Assembly (NCBI RefSeq): GCF_048593235.1
Contig: NC_133617.1
Location: 528,034,958-528,098,957 of the forward strand
Direction of reading: 5' to 3'
Source of the DNA: Sminthopsis crassicaudata
Taxonomy: Eukaryota
DNA length: 64,000 bases
Part shown: positions 60,451-64,000 of the stretch, piece after piece
How positions within the stretch are numbered: position 1 is the first letter of the stretch
Layout of the letters: each line of letters begins with the position of its first letter
Translations under genes and position numbers: made by a program
The notes under the pieces: generated by a model
Told to the model about the DNA's origin: nothing
The model's database searches: none
What the model saw: the letters and a program-made list of their open reading frames with translations, nothing else

Positions 60451-61419
60451 TTTTATAAGATTTGTCCCAGGTGCCTATTTATGTTTCATCTTGTTGTATA
60501 TGAATTTTTAGCTTGAAACTATAAAAATTGCACCTGTGATTCTTCAACATAACAACTGGTATCAGATTAAGAATTTATTCAATCTGTTCCCAGCATTTAC
60601 TAAATGAAGGCTGCCAAACTCTTGGCAACTAAAGAAGAAATAATCCAAATGACCTCCATTAGTCCATTTCCCAAAGCAAGATGTTTTCCTTTCACAACCA
60701 GTAATGTCATTCAGGGTGATTACTGCAGTCAGAAACTGCCAGAATTTATAGATCCAAGGCCAAATGCCCAGCATGCACAGCAGCTCCCTGGGATAAAGCA
60801 TTAGAGTGTCAGATGAAAGCTGAATTATTTTGTTTCTGTAGCCTCATAATTCATCATCTTTCCCATTGACAGTGGGTTTACAACATGACAGTAGTAACTT
60901 TAATAAATAACACTTTGAGCACAAGTAGCAGGTTAAAGTAGATATGGGGCTTCCAAAATGGGTTTCAATTGTATAAGAAATTAAATAGTGACTCTAAAGG
61001 CCTGAACAGCTCGCATAATTAATTTTTGGTTTGCTAGAGTCAAATCACTACTACCAAGCAATTATAGCCTCTGGCTGCCGTTTGCTGCTCCCAGGGTCCA
61101 GTGGAAGAGGACAAGACTCTCTATAGAATAGAACATTCTTGCTTATTTTCTAGTGTAATGACTTTAAAGAAGAATGTCAAATTGAGTTAAATATAGTATA
61201 GTACTTGGTAACCCAAAGAAAATCCAATTAGAAAAATCAGTGGGTCCTAATGAAATAATATCAACAGACTGAATTCAGTAGCAGCAAATCAATGGTGCTG
61301 TTCCAATTACAACCAAGGAGCAAGTGCTAAAAACAATGTCAGGAAAGTGAAGGATGGGCATTGGAATTGCTGTTAAACTTCCTCCTAGAAAGCTAATGCA
61401 ATTGCCAGCTGCATTAAGA

Positions 61420-62630
61420 AAGGCAGAGTGTTTAGGCCAACCTGACTTTAGCTCTAGTTTGTGTAGCATTTTTATCAATGACTTAGTTAAAGGCATAGAT
61501 GGCATGCTTATCCACTTTTCAAATAATACAAAGCTGGGAGGATTAGTTTACAAACTGGATGGCAGAATCAGAATTCAAAAAGATCTATATGGGTTAGGCT
61601 ACTGGGATGAATTGAACACGACGCTATTTATTTATTTATTTACCATCCTTTTAATCTTAAGATGATGCTATTTAAAGGAAAAAATATAAAATTTTTTCTA
61701 CCTAGCTTCAGCAAAAAGCAACTTCAGCTATATAAAATGGGGTAGATGCATCTAAACAGTAATGTGTCTAATACATACATATCTATATCTATATCTATCT
61801 ATCTATCTATGCTTTATGCTATTAGGCTTTAAAAGGTTGCAGTTTCCATATGCATCAGCAAAATGATATGTTAGCCAAGGAAGCTAATTCTTGATTAGGT
61901 CTCTTTAAGAGGAATAGGATCCAGGATTAGAAAGATAATATTCTTGCTATCTAGTCAGACCACAACTGGAGTATTATTTTCAGTTCTGGGTAGGTAGCAT
62001 TAAGAGGAGAAAATTCAGAATAGTGAAAGAATGTGAGTTCATACAATAGGAAGAATCCTTGGAAGGAACCAGAATAGTTTAGCCTAAAGAAAAGAAGGCT
62101 TAGGATGAAGGATTTGACTTACTGTTTGTTGTTTAGTTATTCTTTGGTTTTGTCTGACTTTTCATGACCCCTTTTGGGGTTTGGTTTGCTATTTTCTTCT
62201 CCAGCTCATTTTACAGATGAAGAAACTGAGGCAAACAGAATTAAGTAACTTGGCCAGGGTCACATAGCTGGTAAGTGTCTGAGGCCAGATTTGAATGCAG
62301 ATCTTTCTGACTCCAGGTCATTGTGCCAACTAAATGCCCATAGTTATCTCACTATCTTTTGGAAAATGGGTGAAACTTGTTTTGTTTAGCTTCAGAATCA
62401 AGAACAATTGGTGAAAGTTAAAAAGAGACAATTTTAGGCTCAATGTAAAGAAAAATGTAGCAATTGAGGCTATTCCAAGATGGAAAGTACTCCTCTGGGA
62501 AATAGTGGCTTCCTTCCTTCCTTCCCTGGAGGCCTTCACGTTAAGTTCTGGCTGATGATTTTCTAAGAACATTGTAAAGAAGCATTGTTTAGGTCCAGGT
62601 TGAATTAGATTTTCACTGAAGTCTCTTTTA
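61420..62630 (+). mobile_element. L3/CR1 LINE (RT to 3' end), split by MAR1 (-, 62120-62340)
   Basis: ORF 61354..61665 ..IFINDLVKGIDGMLIHFSNNTKLGG..RIRIQKDL; later gtcagaccacaactggagtattattttcagttctggg (~RPQLEYYFQFW); 3' end at 62400-62630. Confidence 0.9.
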
Positions 62631-63094
62631 AGATGTTAAGATTCAGAATTAGAGTTTTGGAGGGAGAGTAAAAGTGAAACAGCTGCCTATTTATGCTTCT
62701 CTCCTTTCCTCTCATCTGTATTCAGAATTAATTATCACTCAGGGTTGGGATTTTGGTTTTAGCAAACTCTTGGTTAGAAGGAAGAATTTTACACCTTGCA
62801 GATTGGCTCAACACTTGATACTCAACACCTCAGAATTCTCAGTTCTTTTTCCCTGTGGGAGGATGCAGAAAGGGGCAAAATAATCCTTCCAAAGCCTTCC
62901 TTTTTTATACTTAGTATCTTGTGATCTTGGAAAACTGATTAACACATCTTTGGTCTCAGTTTCTTCATCTATAAAATGGATGTGTACAAATGATGGCCTT
63001 TGAAATAACTTCCTGCTCCAGATTTGGGATTCTCTTGTTTTAACTATGTAAGGAGAGTAAGACCTGAGATTAGAAACTATCCTAAGATTTTGGT

Positions 63095-63625
63095 CAAAGC
63101 TCAGGTCTGACTACCCTACCCCTTATGCCTATTCAATAAACTCCAGTGACTCCCTTATTGCCTAACAAATAAAAAGATCTTCAAAACCTTTTATTACTTA
63201 GATCTCTTGTATATTTCTGGTCTTTTAATATTTTCTCCCCGACATATATTTTTCTGTCTAATGGCACTAGTCTCCTGGCTACTCTATGGACAAACTTTCT
63301 GTCTCTCAGCTTGGAGCATTTTCTCTGGTTTCTTCCTATGACTGGAATGCATTTGCTCTTCCCTACATCTATTGGCCTTCCTGGAGTCCTTCTACAGTAA
63401 GATTTCTCTAATCTTTTGTAATTCTAGTGTCTTACCTCTGTTAATTACTTCCTATTTGTCTTGTAATACCATACTTTGTAATATTTGTTTTCATGTTTCT
63501 TTACCCATTAGATTGTAAATTCCTTAAGGGAAGGAATTATCCTTTACTTTTTTTTTTTGTATCCATAAAATTTAGCACTGTGTCTGGAACATAGCAAGTG
63601 CTTAATAAATGTTTATTGACTTATT
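63095..63625 (+). mobile_element. L2 LINE 3' region
   Basis: ttcaataaactccagtgactccctt...tagattgtaaattccttaagggaagg...ttagcactgtgtctggaacatagcaagtgcttaataaatgtttattga. Confidence 0.85.
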
Positions 63626-64000
63626 GATTGAGCATAGCTAAAGAGGCCTGGAGTGTCATGTAAAGGCAGAAAATGAGCTGGAGTTGAACTAAAAGGCATG
63701 TAGTGAAGAAGGGTTTATTTCAGGCCACAGAGTATAGCTTCCCTTCTCTTTCTTCTTTTCGGGAGCTCCTGGGAAGAGAAAGTAGTCTTGTTGTTCCTCA
63801 GCAGATGACTTTGTAGTCATGAGAACTTGGAATTTTCTTTAACCTAAGTCTACTTTAATCTTTGTGTTATTAAAAACCATGACTGACTATTAAAAAGCAT
63901 GTTCTAATGCAGCTTTACAGAGGGCAAGTGGTGGAGGAGGAAAGAGAGATTATATAATGTATCTACCAGCATGAAATTTCTGTCTGGTTGCTTGTATTTC

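Noticed and set aside
1-64000. CRISPR arrays, rRNA, tRNA, snRNA genes, prokaryotic operons, CpG-island promoter
   Set aside because: None seen. The DNA is eukaryotic, tRNA-like boxes occur only within SINE heads, and there is no extended CpG-rich region.

Overview
AT-rich, CpG-depleted, repeat-dense marsupial genomic DNA. It is most likely a dasyurid such as the Tasmanian devil; this is inferred from WSINE1-type SINEs, an OC1-type hAT MITE and a young L1 3' UTR family. Three short N gaps suggest a short-read assembly. Much of the window is recognisable transposon debris: L1 of several ages (many with intact TSDs), L2, L3/CR1, two kinds of RTE, MAR1/MIR/MIR3/WSINE1 SINEs, hAT and Tigger-type DNA elements, and one probable solo LTR. 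No protein-coding gene could be named, and most ORF-track entries are chance, low-complexity or repeat-derived. The most notable items are: (i) a ~1.35 kb Dong/R4-clade retrotransposon fossil on the minus strand (RT through the start of the REL endonuclease); (ii) a 5'-end-only L1 flanked by a 17-bp TSD inside a MAR1 SINE; (iii) an OC1-type MITE of a family reported as horizontally transferred; (iv) a phase-compatible chain of candidate minus-strand exons in repeat-free sequence, plus some strong plus-strand exon candidates, none of which I could assign to a known gene. Repeat family names come from my recall of consensus motifs, not from a database search, and repeat boundaries are approximate unless a TSD is quoted.
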